Below, in pieces: positions 1-12,530 of a stretch of DNA of 64,000 nt (positions are counted from its first letter, which is position 1; each line of letters opens with the position of its first letter). The translations under genes and the position numbers were made by a program. The stretch lies in the NCBI GenBank assembly GCA_951406725.2, contig OX597833.1, positions 59,644,001-59,708,000 on the forward strand, read 5' to 3'. This DNA comes from Octopus vulgaris (taxonomy: Eukaryota). The notes under the pieces were generated by a model, which made no database searches, was not told the origin of the DNA, and worked only from the letters and a program-made list of their open reading frames with translations.

Positions 1-560
1 GTGAGAGAGCAGTGCATGCCATCAAAGTGACACTGGGGTAAAATATACGAAGCCCAATATACCCATCATGACTACCCGTCTGATAAGGGTACACCAGGCA
101 CATGCATCACAACCATATGTGCGCGACATGGTGATCTCATATCAAGGTAAACAGCACATGACCTTGCAGGTGGGGCCCAGTTAGAATTTTCTTCAGGTTG
201 AGTAGCCCATCCTGCTCAAAAGGTCCCTGAATAAGGGTTGTTTAGGGATGTTGAAAGAACCACCTATGTTTCCAGAGGTGAATTATTCAAACCCCAAAGA
301 ATCCCTCTCAACACATGGCAATGATGCTCCCCCACTACTTCTGCTCGTGATCAGAGATGCACATATCGTCAGCCACTAAGGGACATGCTCAACTGGTTAA
401 AGTCAAACAACTGACAAGCAAATCTGTGGTATCGAGCAGAATATTTGCTGTAGCCCATCTTTTATACCAAGACAAAACAATGTACACGATAACACTTCCA
501 ATCAGTTAAGATCAGAAGCCATGAGAGCCACTGCCTGGTACTGCATCAGGGCATTTATTA
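1..560. repeat. Interspersed repeat (~545 bp); second copy at 47125-47670
   Basis: Near-identical sequence recurs at 47125-47670. Both copies abut (TTA)n tracts. Class not recognised. Confidence 0.8.
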
Positions 561-1339
561 TTATTATCATTATTATTATTTTACGTGTAGGTGGCACGTA
601 AAAAACACCATTTCGAGCGTGGCCCTCGTGCAGGTGGCACGTAAAAGCACCCACTACACTCTCAAAGTGGTTGGCGTTAGGAAGGGCATCAAGCTGTAGA
701 AAACACTGCCTGATCAGACTGGAGCCTGGTGCAGCCATCTGGTTCGCCAGTCCTCAGTCAAATCGTCCAACCCATGCTAGCATGGAAAGCGGATGTTAAA
801 GGATGATGATGATGATGTACATGGAGTATTTATTCCAATCTATGATGAGAGCATTTTCACACAGCTTGTATATTAACATTCAACAGAACAGAATGGAAGT
901 TGAATAAGAAGAGGTTTTCGTCTTGCCGCCTTCCATGACTGGTATAGAGGATTTAACAAAATTCAAATCAACGCAGGGGTTGTCCCGTAGCAGGAACAGA
1001 GATGGAGAACAACGTAGTTAGCTGCAGGCCGCATGGGAGAAGAAAAGTGAATGTTACTTGGCTGTGCGCATCTTTTTATATCTAACGAGCGCCACCTAGT
1101 TGTTAACGATGTGACAGGGGAGATAACTGTAGATGACTCTCATTAAAACATGACAGCACTGGATTCAAATAAGGTTGCCTATATAATGAAGTTAAAGTAC
1201 TCAGAGTGAAGCCGCTTGGCAAAAAGTGACTTTGAACTCTGCTGTGCATGTGCACTAAGTTTTAACTTTCTAGCTCACTTCAGTTGTTTACAGCAGTGCT
1301 TGGTAGGAAGGTGTGTAGCGTGTGATCGTTGTATTGACC

Positions 1340-1685
1340 ATGACAGAAAAATGTTGTCATGGTAACACCTGCTCAGAGGCCTATGCAAAGTTGCAGAAAG
1401 TATATGAGCTGCACACAAGTGTACGAGTGGTTCAGACGTTTCCAAGACAGCTGCAAAAATGTCAATATTGACGAAGATTCTGGGAAACCCACAACCAGTA
1501 GAACTGAGAAAAACATCGCAGATTGCTTGCAGCTGTGAGAGGAAATCATCAAATCACCATCCATGAGTTATCAGATGATGTGCAGATTAGTTATAGCTCA
1601 GTTCAGTCCATTGTCACTGAAGATTTGGGTATGAGATGCGTGCCTGCCAAGTTCGTCAAAACTGCTTTTAGCTGACCAAATGACA
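1340..1685 (+). mobile_element. mariner transposase remnant
   Basis: Broken frames read ...QVYEWFRRFQD...DEDSGKPTTSRTEKNI...VQSIVTEDLGMRCVPAKFV, a mariner HTH region. Confidence 0.75.
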
Positions 1686-1693
1686 GCATGGAA

Positions 1694-1746
1694 TTTTGTC
1701 AGTGGACAGGTCGTAGTTTCAAAGCGACGAAAATATTTTGACAAAA
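1694..1746 (+). ncRNA. Second, decayed copy of the G3-C8 hammerhead-like fold
   Basis: ttttgtca-GTGGACA-g-gtcg...cgac-GAAA-atat-TT-tgacaaaa, with A6 changed to G. The flank to ~1815 is homologous to 29625-29750. Confidence 0.45.
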
Positions 1747-3711
1747 TTGATTTAAATGTTTAAATGAATCTAACGATTTTTGTGTATTTTTTAAATGGCT
1801 TATAAACACCTTCCACACCTCGCCTGGCACCTGTGCAGGTGGCACGTAAAAAGCACCCACTACACTCACGGAGTGGTTAGCGTTAGGAAGGGCATCCAGC
1901 TGTAGAAACACTGCCAGATTAGACTGGAGCCTGGTGCAGCCTTCTGGCTTCCCAGATCCCCGGTCGAACCATCCAACCCATGCTAGCATGGAAAACGGAC
2001 ATTAAACGATGATGATGATGATGAATTACCTTTATAATTTTCATTAAGGCTGGCACAACATCCAGGAAGGTGAGAAAATCAACACCCATGAAAATGGGGA
2101 GTTGTCCCAATATCCAGTACTGAGAGAGAGAATAATCCCTAAGGGCTCCTGGTTTGAGGTTCAGTGCCACTTTGTGACATCCTGGGCAAGTGTCTCTTAA
2201 TATACCTCCAACTTGATCAATGCCATGCGAGTGGGACAAGAGTTCAAAACGCAGAGTGTCGTGTGTGTGTGTGTGTTTGTCTGTTTGTACCCCCCACCTG
2301 ACAATCAGTGTTGGTATGTTTATGTCCCTGTAACTTAGCAGTTTGGCAAAAAGAGACTGACAGAATAAGTATTTATTGGCCTATTTTGCCAAACCACTAA
2401 GTTACGGGGATGTAAACATGCCAACATTGTTGTCAAGTGAAGGTGGCGGAGAACAAACAAGGACACAGAGACACACGTACATAAATACACACACACACAC
2501 ACATATATATATAAAGATTGGAGCCTGGTGCAGCCATCTGGTTCGCCAGTCCTCAGTCAAATCGTCCAACCCATGCTAGCATGGAAAGCGGATGTTAAAC
2601 GATGATGATATATATATATATATACGACAGACTTCTTTCAGTTTCTGTCTACCAAATTCACTCACAAGGCTTTGGTTGGTCTGAGGCTATAGTAGAAGAC
2701 ACGTGTCCAAGGTGCCATGCAATGGGACTGAACCTGGAGCCATGTAGTTGGGAAGCAAGCTTCTTACCACATATATATACTATATATACATATATATATA
2801 TATATATATAAACACACGCACACACACATAATTCCTGAAACTGGGATTTAGGTGCAAATTAAGGATTAAAATTTCAACAAAAATTAACGAAAACAAAGAA
2901 AATAATTATTTTAATAACATTTTACAACTCTTGCTCAGAAATATTCTTAGAGTAGTTACTGCTACCACAACTACTATTAGTACTTCTTGTAATAATAGTA
3001 GTGGTAGTGGTGGTGATGATGGCGGTGGTGGTGGCAGCAGCAATTACTAGAAAAAAAGCCAGATGTAGGTCTTTGGAAGATTTAACACACTGTTTATAGC
3101 TATAAATAATTATATATTAATTAATAGTAATAGCATTACCACAGCAAATAGTAGTAGTAGTAGTAGTAACAAGATGGTAGGGCTCTGGCATGGAGAAGGG
3201 TTTTAAATGGGTTGTGATTGTAAACAAGATGAAGTTGTATGTTAAAGCTGACTGTGTGTAGAGGATGAAAATTAACTGAGAGATTAGGAGAGACAGTGAC
3301 AAGCAACTGATCTAATTTGAAGATCATGAATTAACTAGGGGTGAATCTAAATAGGTCTGGCTTCTCTTTCAGGGACCTACACCAATTATATATAATCACA
3401 GTCAGATAATCATTTCCCAAAGGTCACCCAGAGTTGCATCTCAAAGCAAAAGCGTTTTGCTGTTAGTTAACAATCTTTTCTAAACTTGACACAAAAAACT
3501 TTTGATTCACACACAAAAAAAAAACCATCCCCGAACACAGGATGTTGTGATGAGCATGCCTTTCTAAAAGGCACAAAGAGAAATTATTGTATATACAAAA
3601 TTTTGAAAGGAAGATATATGCTACAATACTTTCTCTTTTTCAATTACCTTCCCTGAATTGTAGGAGAATTCAACAAGGAGGTCTTTATGTAGTTATTAGA
3701 CTCATTTTTGA

Positions 3712-3941
3712 AGGTGGCGAGCTGGCAGAAATGTTAGCACGGCGGGCGAAATGCGTAGCCGTATTTCGTCTGCCGTTACGTTCTGAGTTCAAATTCCGCC
3801 GAGGTCGACTCTGCCTTTCATCCTTTCGGGGTCGATAAATTAAGTACCAGTTACGCACTGGGGTCGATGTAATCGACTTAATCCGTTTGTCTGTCCTTGT
3901 TTGTCCTCTCTATGTTTAGCCCCTTGTGGGCAATAAAGAAA
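3712..3941 (+). mobile_element. SINE family C (tRNA-like head plus GCCTTTCATCCTTTCGGGGTCGATAAAT Meta-like core); other copies ~28685, 37969, 38434, 39945-40378
   Basis: Many dispersed near-identical copies, with a B-box-like GAGTTCAAATTCC. Confidence 0.8.
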
Positions 3942-4551
3942 TATATTAGACTCACAAGATATAGCAGCTATCACACCTCTCTGCCATTTTAATAAAGGAC
4001 ACATTGTACAATGTAGTCCTAGATATATGAAACAACAATATGGTCACTCTTAAGATCACAGGTCTGGTTGACCAGGGCTGACCTGAAATGTACTACAGCT
4101 TAATCATACCTTGGTAGGATTTGAGCATGAGATCTAGAGGTATATACCTCCATACAAGTCATTTTAAGTTATGTCTTTTTCAACTATGTTAGTTTTAGTG
4201 AACACATCTAAAAGCATAACGTTTTTTGCCTAAAAAACACCAAAAAACCAATACCAAAATCAAATAAAATACATATGAAAATATGTACAAATCAGTTATT
4301 AAAACAGATTAAAGCTAATAAATTTGTTAAAATATATGTAGTTACAATGTTTACATGGCTTTCAAAACCAATAGTTCTGACATTTCACCATGAGGTAACA
4401 TTGTTGTTAGTTCCAAGAAATACAAACATTTGTGTTCACTGTCTATAAATTTCTCCCTTTTTTTATATATCACACACCCTATGTTTAACCCTTTAGCATT
4501 CACATTTTTCTATCAAAAGTAATGTGTGTATATATATATACATGTCTTGAG

Positions 4552-4621
4552 TTAGTTGCACTGAAGAGCATAGAATGCATATTCTGCATTGATTGCGAAA
4601 TCACAGGTGATATGTAACTAA
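4552..4621 (+). ncRNA. Type I hammerhead ribozyme (canonical core), probably from a Penelope-like element
   Basis: ttagttgca-CTGAAGA-gca...tgc-GAAA-tcac(ag)gtga-TA-tgtaactaa gives a 9-bp stem I, stem II, stem III and an AUA cleavage triplet (cut after 4612). Confidence 0.8.
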
Positions 4622-5228
4622 ATTCTGTTTTTAAATGACTCGCTTTGAAGTTTGCATTCGGTACAATTTGTTTATTTTAGTAGTTTTGACTGTAAAAGTC
4701 CCTCCTAGCATGCGGTACCTATGAATAATAGTACCCTCTATATAATATAAATAAGTATTTTCAAAGTTGAAAAAATTTACAGATTTTTTCTCTTACGAGG
4801 TTTTTCACACTAACTACTTGATAATTTCTTATAAAGATTTTATCCTATTTTAAAATTTATATATATTTATATACACATAAAACCATTATTATAGGGGTAG
4901 CAAGTTGGAAAGACCTGTTAGGGAGTAGGACTGAATGCTTAGAGGAATTTCTTCCAGTGTTTTATGTTCTGAGTTCATATTCTGGCGAGGTTGACTTTAT
5001 CTTTCACCTTTTTTTGGGGTCAATAAAATAAGTACCAGTTGAACCAGTAATCAACTTACCCTACTCCCCCAGAATTGCTGGCCTTGTGCCAAAATTTGAA
5101 ACCAATATTAGTATTACTATTATTGAGATTCAATTCAGTTAAGAGTTCTTGGTGAACTTATGTGACGGATAATGCTGAGAGAGCATTTTTGCCTCATTGG
5201 TTAATATCAGATATTGTTATAAAGGTAT

Positions 5229-5630
5229 TCTTTTACTTGTTTCAGTCATTTCACTGTGGCCATGCTGGAGCACCGCCTTTAATCGAGCAACTCGACCCCA
5301 GGACTTATTCTTTGTAAGCCCAGTACTTATTCTATCGGTCTGGTCTCTTTTGCCGAACCGCTAAGTGACAGGGACATAAACACACCAGCATCGGTTGTCA
5401 AGCAATGCTAGGGGGACAAACATAGATACACAAACATACATGCCCCCCCCCCCATATATATATATATATATATGACGGGCTTCTTTCAGTTTCCGTCTAC
5501 CAAATCCACTCACAAGGCTTTGGTTGGCCCGAGGCTATAGTAGAAGACACTTGTTCAAGGTACCACGCAGTGGGACTGAACCCGGAACCATGTGGTTGGT
5601 AAACAAGCTACTTACCACACAGCCACTCCA
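5229..5630 (-). mobile_element. SINE family A (tRNA-derived head, internal (TA)n(TG)n tract)
   Basis: Same element at ~8969, 31047, 40556, 41383, 43331, 46600, 47954, 49772, 50541, 55480, 56853 and 57512, in both orientations. Confidence 0.85.
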
Positions 5631-6161
5631 GTAATTATAACTTTAGTTCTTTCATATTTCACTGTAATTATGTCCTTAAATTTCTTCTATAGGAAAACTG
5701 GCAATAAATATACGTTATCAACAACAATAATACTGTTTAACTATGAATTAATTACAGATGTAACATTACACGATATTTCCAACAGTGGCAAAATGATGTT
5801 CTCAACAGTACCTGTCACATAACAGGTAACACTCCAGTTAGTATATAGTAACCAAAAGAGAAAAACTCTAATATCAGAATTATCTCTCTTTAGGGAATGG
5901 ACAAACACAGAAAGATGGTGACACTGTCAATTATATTAAATAGAATGCTTGCTTTAACCCAATTAAATAGCATTTACCAGAGACCGTTCAGTAGAAATCA
6001 TATGAAACTGGACTACTCCAGACTGACCATAAATCTTTATGTGTCTTAATACTATAAACCATATCGTACTTATTTCTTCACCTATCAGTCTCAAAACTCT
6101 GATAAAGAATACCAGATGCATCCTTCCCTTCTCCTCTGATTAAGACACAAAGGTACAGTGG

Positions 6162-8296
6162 GACTATATTTCGACTGACAATCCAAAATAATGTATCACG
6201 TGACTAAAATCCCAAATAAGGTAGCAATTAACTATATTGCTACTGATAATCCAAAATAATGTATCATGTGACTAAAATCCCAAATAAGGTAGCAATTAAC
6301 TATATTTCGACTGATAATCCAAAATAATGTATCATGTGACTAAAATCCCAAATAAGGTAGCAATTAACTATATTGCTACTGATAATCCAAAATAATGTAT
6401 CATGTGACTAAAATCCCAAATAAGGTAGCAATTAACTATATTTCGACTGACAATCCAAAATAATGTATCACGTGGCTATAATCCCAAATAAGGTAGCAAT
6501 TAACTATATTTCTACTGATAATCCAAAATAATGTATCATGTGACTAAAATCCCAAATAAGGTAGCAATTAACTATATTTCTACTGATAATCCAAAATAAT
6601 GTATCACGTGGCTATAATCCCAAATAAGGTAGCAATTAACTATATTTCTACTGATAATCCAAAATAATGTATCATGTGACTAAAATCCCAAATAAGGTAG
6701 CAATTAACTATATTGCTACTGACAATCCAAAATAATGTATCACGTGGCTATAATCCCAAATAAGGTAGCAATTAACTATATTTCTACTGATAATCCAAAA
6801 TAATGTATCATGTGACTAAAATCCCAAATAAGGTAGCAATTAACTATATTTCTACTGACAATCCAAAATAATGTATCACGTGACTATAATCCCAAATAAG
6901 GTAGCAATTGACTATATTTCTACTGACAATCCAAAATAATGTATCATGTGACTAAAATCCCAAATAAGGTAGCAATTAACTATATTTCTACTGACAATCC
7001 AAAATAATGTATCACGTGACTATAATCCCAAATAAGGTAGCAATTGACTATATTTCTACTGACAATCCAAAATAATGTATCATGTGACTAAAATCCCAAA
7101 TAAGGTAGCAATTAACTATATTTCTACTGACAATCCAAAATAATGTATCACGTGACTATAATCCCAAATAAGGTAGCAATTGACTATATTTCTACTGACA
7201 ATCCAAAATAATGTATCATGTGACTAAAATCCCAAATAAGGTAGCAATTAACTATATTTCTACTGACAATCCAAAATAATGTATCACGTGACTATAATCC
7301 CAAATAAGGTAGCAATTGACTATATTTCTACTGACAATCCAAAATAATGTATCATGTGACTAAAATCCCAAATAAGGTAGCAATTAACTATATTTCTACT
7401 GACAATCCAAAATAATGTATCACGTGACTATAATCCCAAATAAGGTAGCAATTGACTATATTTCTACTGACAATCCAAAATAATGTATCACGTGACTATA
7501 ATCCCAAATAAGGTAGCAATTGACTATATTTCTACTGACAATCCAAAATAATGTACCATGTGTCTATAATCCCAAATAAGGTAGCAATTAACTATATTTC
7601 GACTGACAATCCAAAATAATGTATCATGTGACTAAAATCCCAAATAAGGTAGCAATTAACTATATTTCTACTGACAATCCAAAATAATGTATCACGTGAC
7701 TAAAATCCCAAATAAGGTAGCAATTAACTATATTGCTACTGACAATCCAAAATAATGTATCACGTGACTAAAATCCCAAATAAGGTAGCAATTAACTATA
7801 TTTCTACTGACAATCCAAAATAATGTATCACGTGACTAAAATCCCAAATAAGGTAGCAATTAACTATATTGCTACTGACAATCCAAAATAATGTATCATG
7901 TGACTAAAATCCCAAATAAGGTAGCAATTAACTATATTTCTACTGACAATCCAAAATAATGTATCACGTGACTAAAATCCCAAATAAGGTAGCAATTGAC
8001 TATATTTCGACTGACAATCCAAAATAATGTATCACGTGACTAAAATCCCAAATAAGGTAGCAATTGACTATATTTCGACTGATAATCCAAAATAATGTAT
8101 CACGTGGCTATAATCCCAAATTAGGTAGCAATTAACTATATTGCTACTGACAATCCAAAATAATGTATCACGTGGCTATAATCCCAAAGAAGGTAGCAAT
8201 TAACTATATTGCTACTGATAATCCAAAATAATGTATCACGTGACTAAAATCCCAAATTAGGTAGCAATTGACTATATTTCTACTGATAATCCCAAA
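6162..8296. repeat. 68-bp minisatellite, ~31 copies
   Basis: Unit ctgacaatccaaaataatgtatcacgtgactaaaatcccaaataaggtagcaattaactatatttcta. The register recurs at 6181, 7201 and 8221 (15x68 apart). No spacers. Confidence 0.97.
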
Positions 8297-8639
8297 TGAG
8301 ATGCAGTTTGTATTACTGCTGTTAATCCCTAATAAAGGTAAAAAGACTAGAGTTATCTCCCTCTAGATTAGTTACTAGCTTGTGTTATATGATGCTTAGA
8401 TTTTTTTTTAATGTTCCAAGTTTTATGAATGTTACCACTAACATGACCAGATATCCAATGACTACATATATTACACACATGATTACATTCATTATCATCA
8501 TCACTTAAGATCCATTTTCCAAACTGACAAGGTATAGAAGTAGTTGGGAGAGAGAGAAAGAGAGAGAGGCATAAAAGTACATAAGAGTGACTATAGTGAG
8601 CAGACATGGTAGCAAATATAGGGGGGGGGTTCTGATACA

Positions 8640-8970
8640 CACACACACACATAAGGCCAATAAGACTACAAACATCCAACGTGACTATATTTCAAATATG
8701 ACTGGGTATATATATCCAACACACACACATTTATATAAATACACACATATATAAGCCCAATAAGACTACATACATCCAACATGACTATATTTCAAATACG
8801 ACTAAGTATATATCCAAGACACACACACTGATATAACTACACACACACACACACATGCATATATAAGCCCAATAAAACTACATTTATCTAACATGACTAA
8901 GTATATATGTATATCCAACACAAGTATATGTAAACATGGTCACACACATATAAGTCCAATAAGACAACTG
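8640..8970. repeat. Degenerate ~100-110-bp tandem repeat, 3-4 copies
   Basis: Repeated 'ataagcccaataagactaca...ccaacatgactatatttcaaata.gact' separated by (CA)n. Confidence 0.7.
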
Positions 8971-9064
8971 TGTGGCACCTTGGGCAAGTGTCTTCTACTA
9001 TAGCCTCGGGCCGACCAAAGCCTTGTGAGTGGATTTGGTAGACGGAAACTGAAAGAAGCCCGTC

Positions 9065-9132
<68 letters not shown>

Positions 9133-9696
9133 TTGTGTGTCTGTGTTTGTCCCCCTAGCATTGCTTGACAACCGATGCTGGTGTGTTTATGTCCCCGTCA
9201 CTTAGCTGTTCGGCAAAAGAGACCGATAGAACAAGTACCGGGCTTACAAAGAATAAGTCCCGTGGTCGAGTTGCTTGATTAAAGGCGGTGCTCCAGCATG
9301 GCCGCAGTCAAATGACTGAAACCAGTAAAAGAGTATACAATAATCAACCAATGTCTTATCTTTGTTATGTTTGGAAAGGGTCAAGCTAATGCCAAGGTTT
9401 CACTTCCTAGCTGCAACTGTTCTGCTTTATTTTTGCCATTTGGGCAAGGCATATACATCACATCCTCACTCCTTTTTAAATCTCAAACCCATTACCTATA
9501 CTACATTTATTTCAGACAAGAGCTGGTGCAATCTAATGCAGAATCCATCAATGAGTTATTAGAGCTGTTGATTTCAAATAAAGGAGTGAAACAATTATTC
9601 TTAAGGGAAAGAGATGTTCATACTCCTGCTAAAAGCATTAGCAACATAAATAAAATACAGCTGAGGCCTGAAATCAATTCTTGGAGGTACTCTACA

Positions 9697-9982
9697 AAGC
9701 TGTTCTTCACTCCTGCTCCAGAGCATCGGCTGCGGGGTCACTCCAAAATGCTCTATCTGCGACGATTTCATCTCAATCAAAGGAGAGGGGCTTTCTCCGT
9801 CCGGGTTGCGGATCCGTGGAATAAGCTGCCGGGCGAGATAGTGAAGATGCCGACAACCGCTCGGTTCAAAGTCTCCCTTGACCACAAATGGCCTGAACTC
9901 TTTGCACCACCCTGTACATAACTCCATGTCCCCCTACATGGCCTTGCTTTTTGCACCAAAAAATTAACTTAACTTAACTTAA
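9697..9982 (+). mobile_element. CR1/L2-type LINE 3' end (second copy 46083-46383)
   Basis: Reads RLRGHSKML...FSVRVADPWNKLPGEIV...FKVSLD, followed by a (TTAAC)n tail. Confidence 0.8.
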
Positions 9983-10540
9983 GAGTTTACAATCTAGGCT
10001 AGGGTCTGCACTTTTTGTGATTATTAAAAAAAAAGGGCTGAATTAATCACAGACACACAAGTCCCCTATTCCATAATATGAATACTGCATAAAACTTTAA
10101 ACATATGCAAAAGAATACACAATGCAGTTAAAATGTGCAGTCTACAGGGTGCAGCTGCCAACACCAGAACTTTTGAATAGAAGTTCCATGTCCCATCTAA
10201 GCAAGAAAAACTATGACTCATTAGTAAGTTATTTCCTTGTTAATTAAATTAGGTTAATTAACAGCAACAGTTGATTAGTGTGATCAACAGAAATGCTTTC
10301 CTTGTCAAGACTCACCATCTCCAGCTATTTATTCCTGTTGCAAAACAACACCAAGTAGTTTTAGTCATCCCGTTTCTGAGTTAACCCCTAATCCCATCTG
10401 ACCCTTTTTTGGGGTTTAACTGCATAACAGAAGTAATACTGATTAAGGTAGGTGTACCAGCTTACAAGGCATTCAGAAGAAAATCATCCCTCCTTATGTA
10501 ACCTCCCCACTTCAGTCTTCAAACTGATATCACATTACCA

Positions 10541-10921
10541 GTGGAGGCGCAATGGCCCAGTGGTTAGGGCAGCGGACTCGCGATTTCGATTCCCAGACCG
10601 GGCGTTGTGAGTGTTTATTGAGTGAAAACACCTAAAGCCCCACGAGGCTCCGGCAGGGGATGGTGGTGATCCCTGCTGTACTCTTTCACCACAACTTTCT
10701 CTCACTCTTACTTCCTGTTTCTGTTGTACCTGTATTTCAAAGGGCCGGCCTTGTCACTCTCTGTGTCACGCTGAATATCCCCGAGAACTACGTTAAGAGT
10801 ACACGTGTCTGTGGAGTGCTCAGCCACTTATACGTTAATTTTATGAGCAGGCTGTTCCGTTGATTCGGATCAACCGGAACCCTCGTGGTCGTAACCGACG
10901 GAGTGCTTCCATCCATCCACC
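10541..10921 (+). mobile_element. tRNA-derived SINE with 12-bp TSD
   Basis: A/B-box head (tggcccagtggttagggc...gatttcgattccc). ATCACATTACCA is duplicated at 10529-10540 and 10922-10933. Confidence 0.85.
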
Positions 10922-11744
10922 ATCACATTACCACACTGTCTCCTCTCTTTTATCTGTTATACTGCTACTGTAACAGTCTCTGCTCTTCACAACTTATTGG
11001 CTCCAGTCAATTCTGTTTCAACACCATAACTACTACTGCCAATACTATGATGAAATTATGATTAAGGTACACAACTACAGTTGCCATGAGCCAATATGTA
11101 TGTGGTCACTAGATTTGTTAGAAATAAGGGAGCTTGCTTCCTAGCTACATGGTTTCAGGTTCAGTCCCACTGCGTGGCACTTTGGGTAGGTGTCTTCCAC
11201 TATAGCCCCGAGCCGACCGAAGCTTCGTGATTGAATTCGGTAGGCGGGAGCTACTGCCGTGTGTGTATGTGTGCGTATAGCTGCTCAGTGCCTCTCCGAA
11301 AGAGAGAGAGGGGAAGAGTCAGGTCTCCCTTAAAGCAAATGCTACAATCTAAAAAAAAAAAAAGAACAGCTTTGATCATGGTTCAGCTTGATTATTTCTG
11401 AACCTGGAGCTAAACAATAACTCTTGCTAGGTCAGTCTACCTAGCTGTCATCAGATACACCTCACCATATTACAGAACAGCTGCTATGGATAACCCCTGA
11501 CTCAAGAAACAAAAGTACAGTACTGATTCAATTCCAAGTCAATCCTTCTTGCCTGAGAGAAATGAACTACACCAAGAGAGGTTATGCAACATTTGGATTT
11601 CCTTAGATTTCATTCTCCCTCCCACTGCATCATCAGTCATCTGATGGCTGCTGCAAAACAGTCCATCGTACACAAATCACTAGATGGAGCTGTTACTTGA
11701 AGCAGTTGGTGAGATGTGGGGGAAAATTTTTTTAAAAAGTGGCC

Positions 11745-12145
11745 ACCTGGGTAGTATGTAGATCTGTGGTACCACATATCTGGGTAGGTGTCATATACCA
11801 TATTCCTGGATAGATATACAGATATGTGGTACCACTTACCTTGGTAGTTGTGTGGTACCACACACCTGGGTAGGTGTCATATACCATATTCCTGGATAGA
11901 TATACAGATATGTGGTACCACTTACCTTGGTAGTTGTGTGGTACCACACACCTGGGTAGGTGTCATATACCATATTCCTGGATAGATATACAGATATGTG
12001 GTACCACTTACCTTGGTAGATATGTGGTACCACATACCTAGGTAGGTGCCATATACCATATTCCTGGATAGATATACAGATATGTAGTACCACTTACCTT
12101 GATAGTTGTGTGGTACTACATATATGTGGTACCTCATACCTTGGG
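11745..12145. repeat. 86-bp tandem repeat (~4.5 copies) rich in GTGGTACCAC palindromes, downstream of the RING gene stop
   Basis: tgggtaggtg recurs at 11781, 11867 and 11953. Confidence 0.9.
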
Positions 12146-12431
12146 TACTTGTGTGATGTAATTAATACAAAAGCAAGCAGGTTAGTCAGTGAATTAATTG
12201 TTATTTTAATTATGATATAACAACAACGTACAAGACAGAGATGTAAAAAAAAAAAAACGAAGATGTAACAGCAACTTGTAAAAGGTATTTTTTTTTTTTG
12301 TGTTTCTGATGTTAAAAACAATGAGTAACAGTAAAAGTGGGAGCTGGTGAATATCGAGAGGGCTGGGGAGTTGAGATCAAGAGTAGAAGGGGTGAAAATG
12401 ACAATGATGGTAAGAATTGAAGGCAGTGACG

Positions 12432-12530
12432 TCAAGTGGTGAATGAGAGTGGTGGGAATTCATCAGTCAATAACACCAACACTCGACATGTCGGACAAGT
12501 TTTCTGGATCTCCAGCCATTTACGAATACA
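12432..12530 (-). CDS. TTC3/DZIP3-like E3 ligase, last coding exon (CIRKWLEIQKTCPTCRVLVLLTDEFPPLSFTT*)
   Basis: Completes a C3H2C3 RING. The C-terminal 'CPTCR..VLL.EEFP' signature is like DZIP3/TTC3. Acceptor ttttttccag. Joined CDS is 1002 nt (333 aa). Confidence 0.85.
   Translation of the reverse strand, partial: CIRKWLEIQKTCPTCRVLVLLTDEFPPLSFTT

Noticed and set aside
6162-8296. CRISPR-like array
   Set aside because: Units are contiguous with no unique spacers, there are no cas genes, and the context is eukaryotic.
9367-9921. 184-aa ORF
   Set aside because: Chance fusion of unique DNA with a CR1 LINE 3' end.
10541-10600. tRNA-like heads (also ~18400-18460, 35565 and 40560)
   Set aside because: These are SINE heads with no complete cloverleaf, running into repeat bodies.
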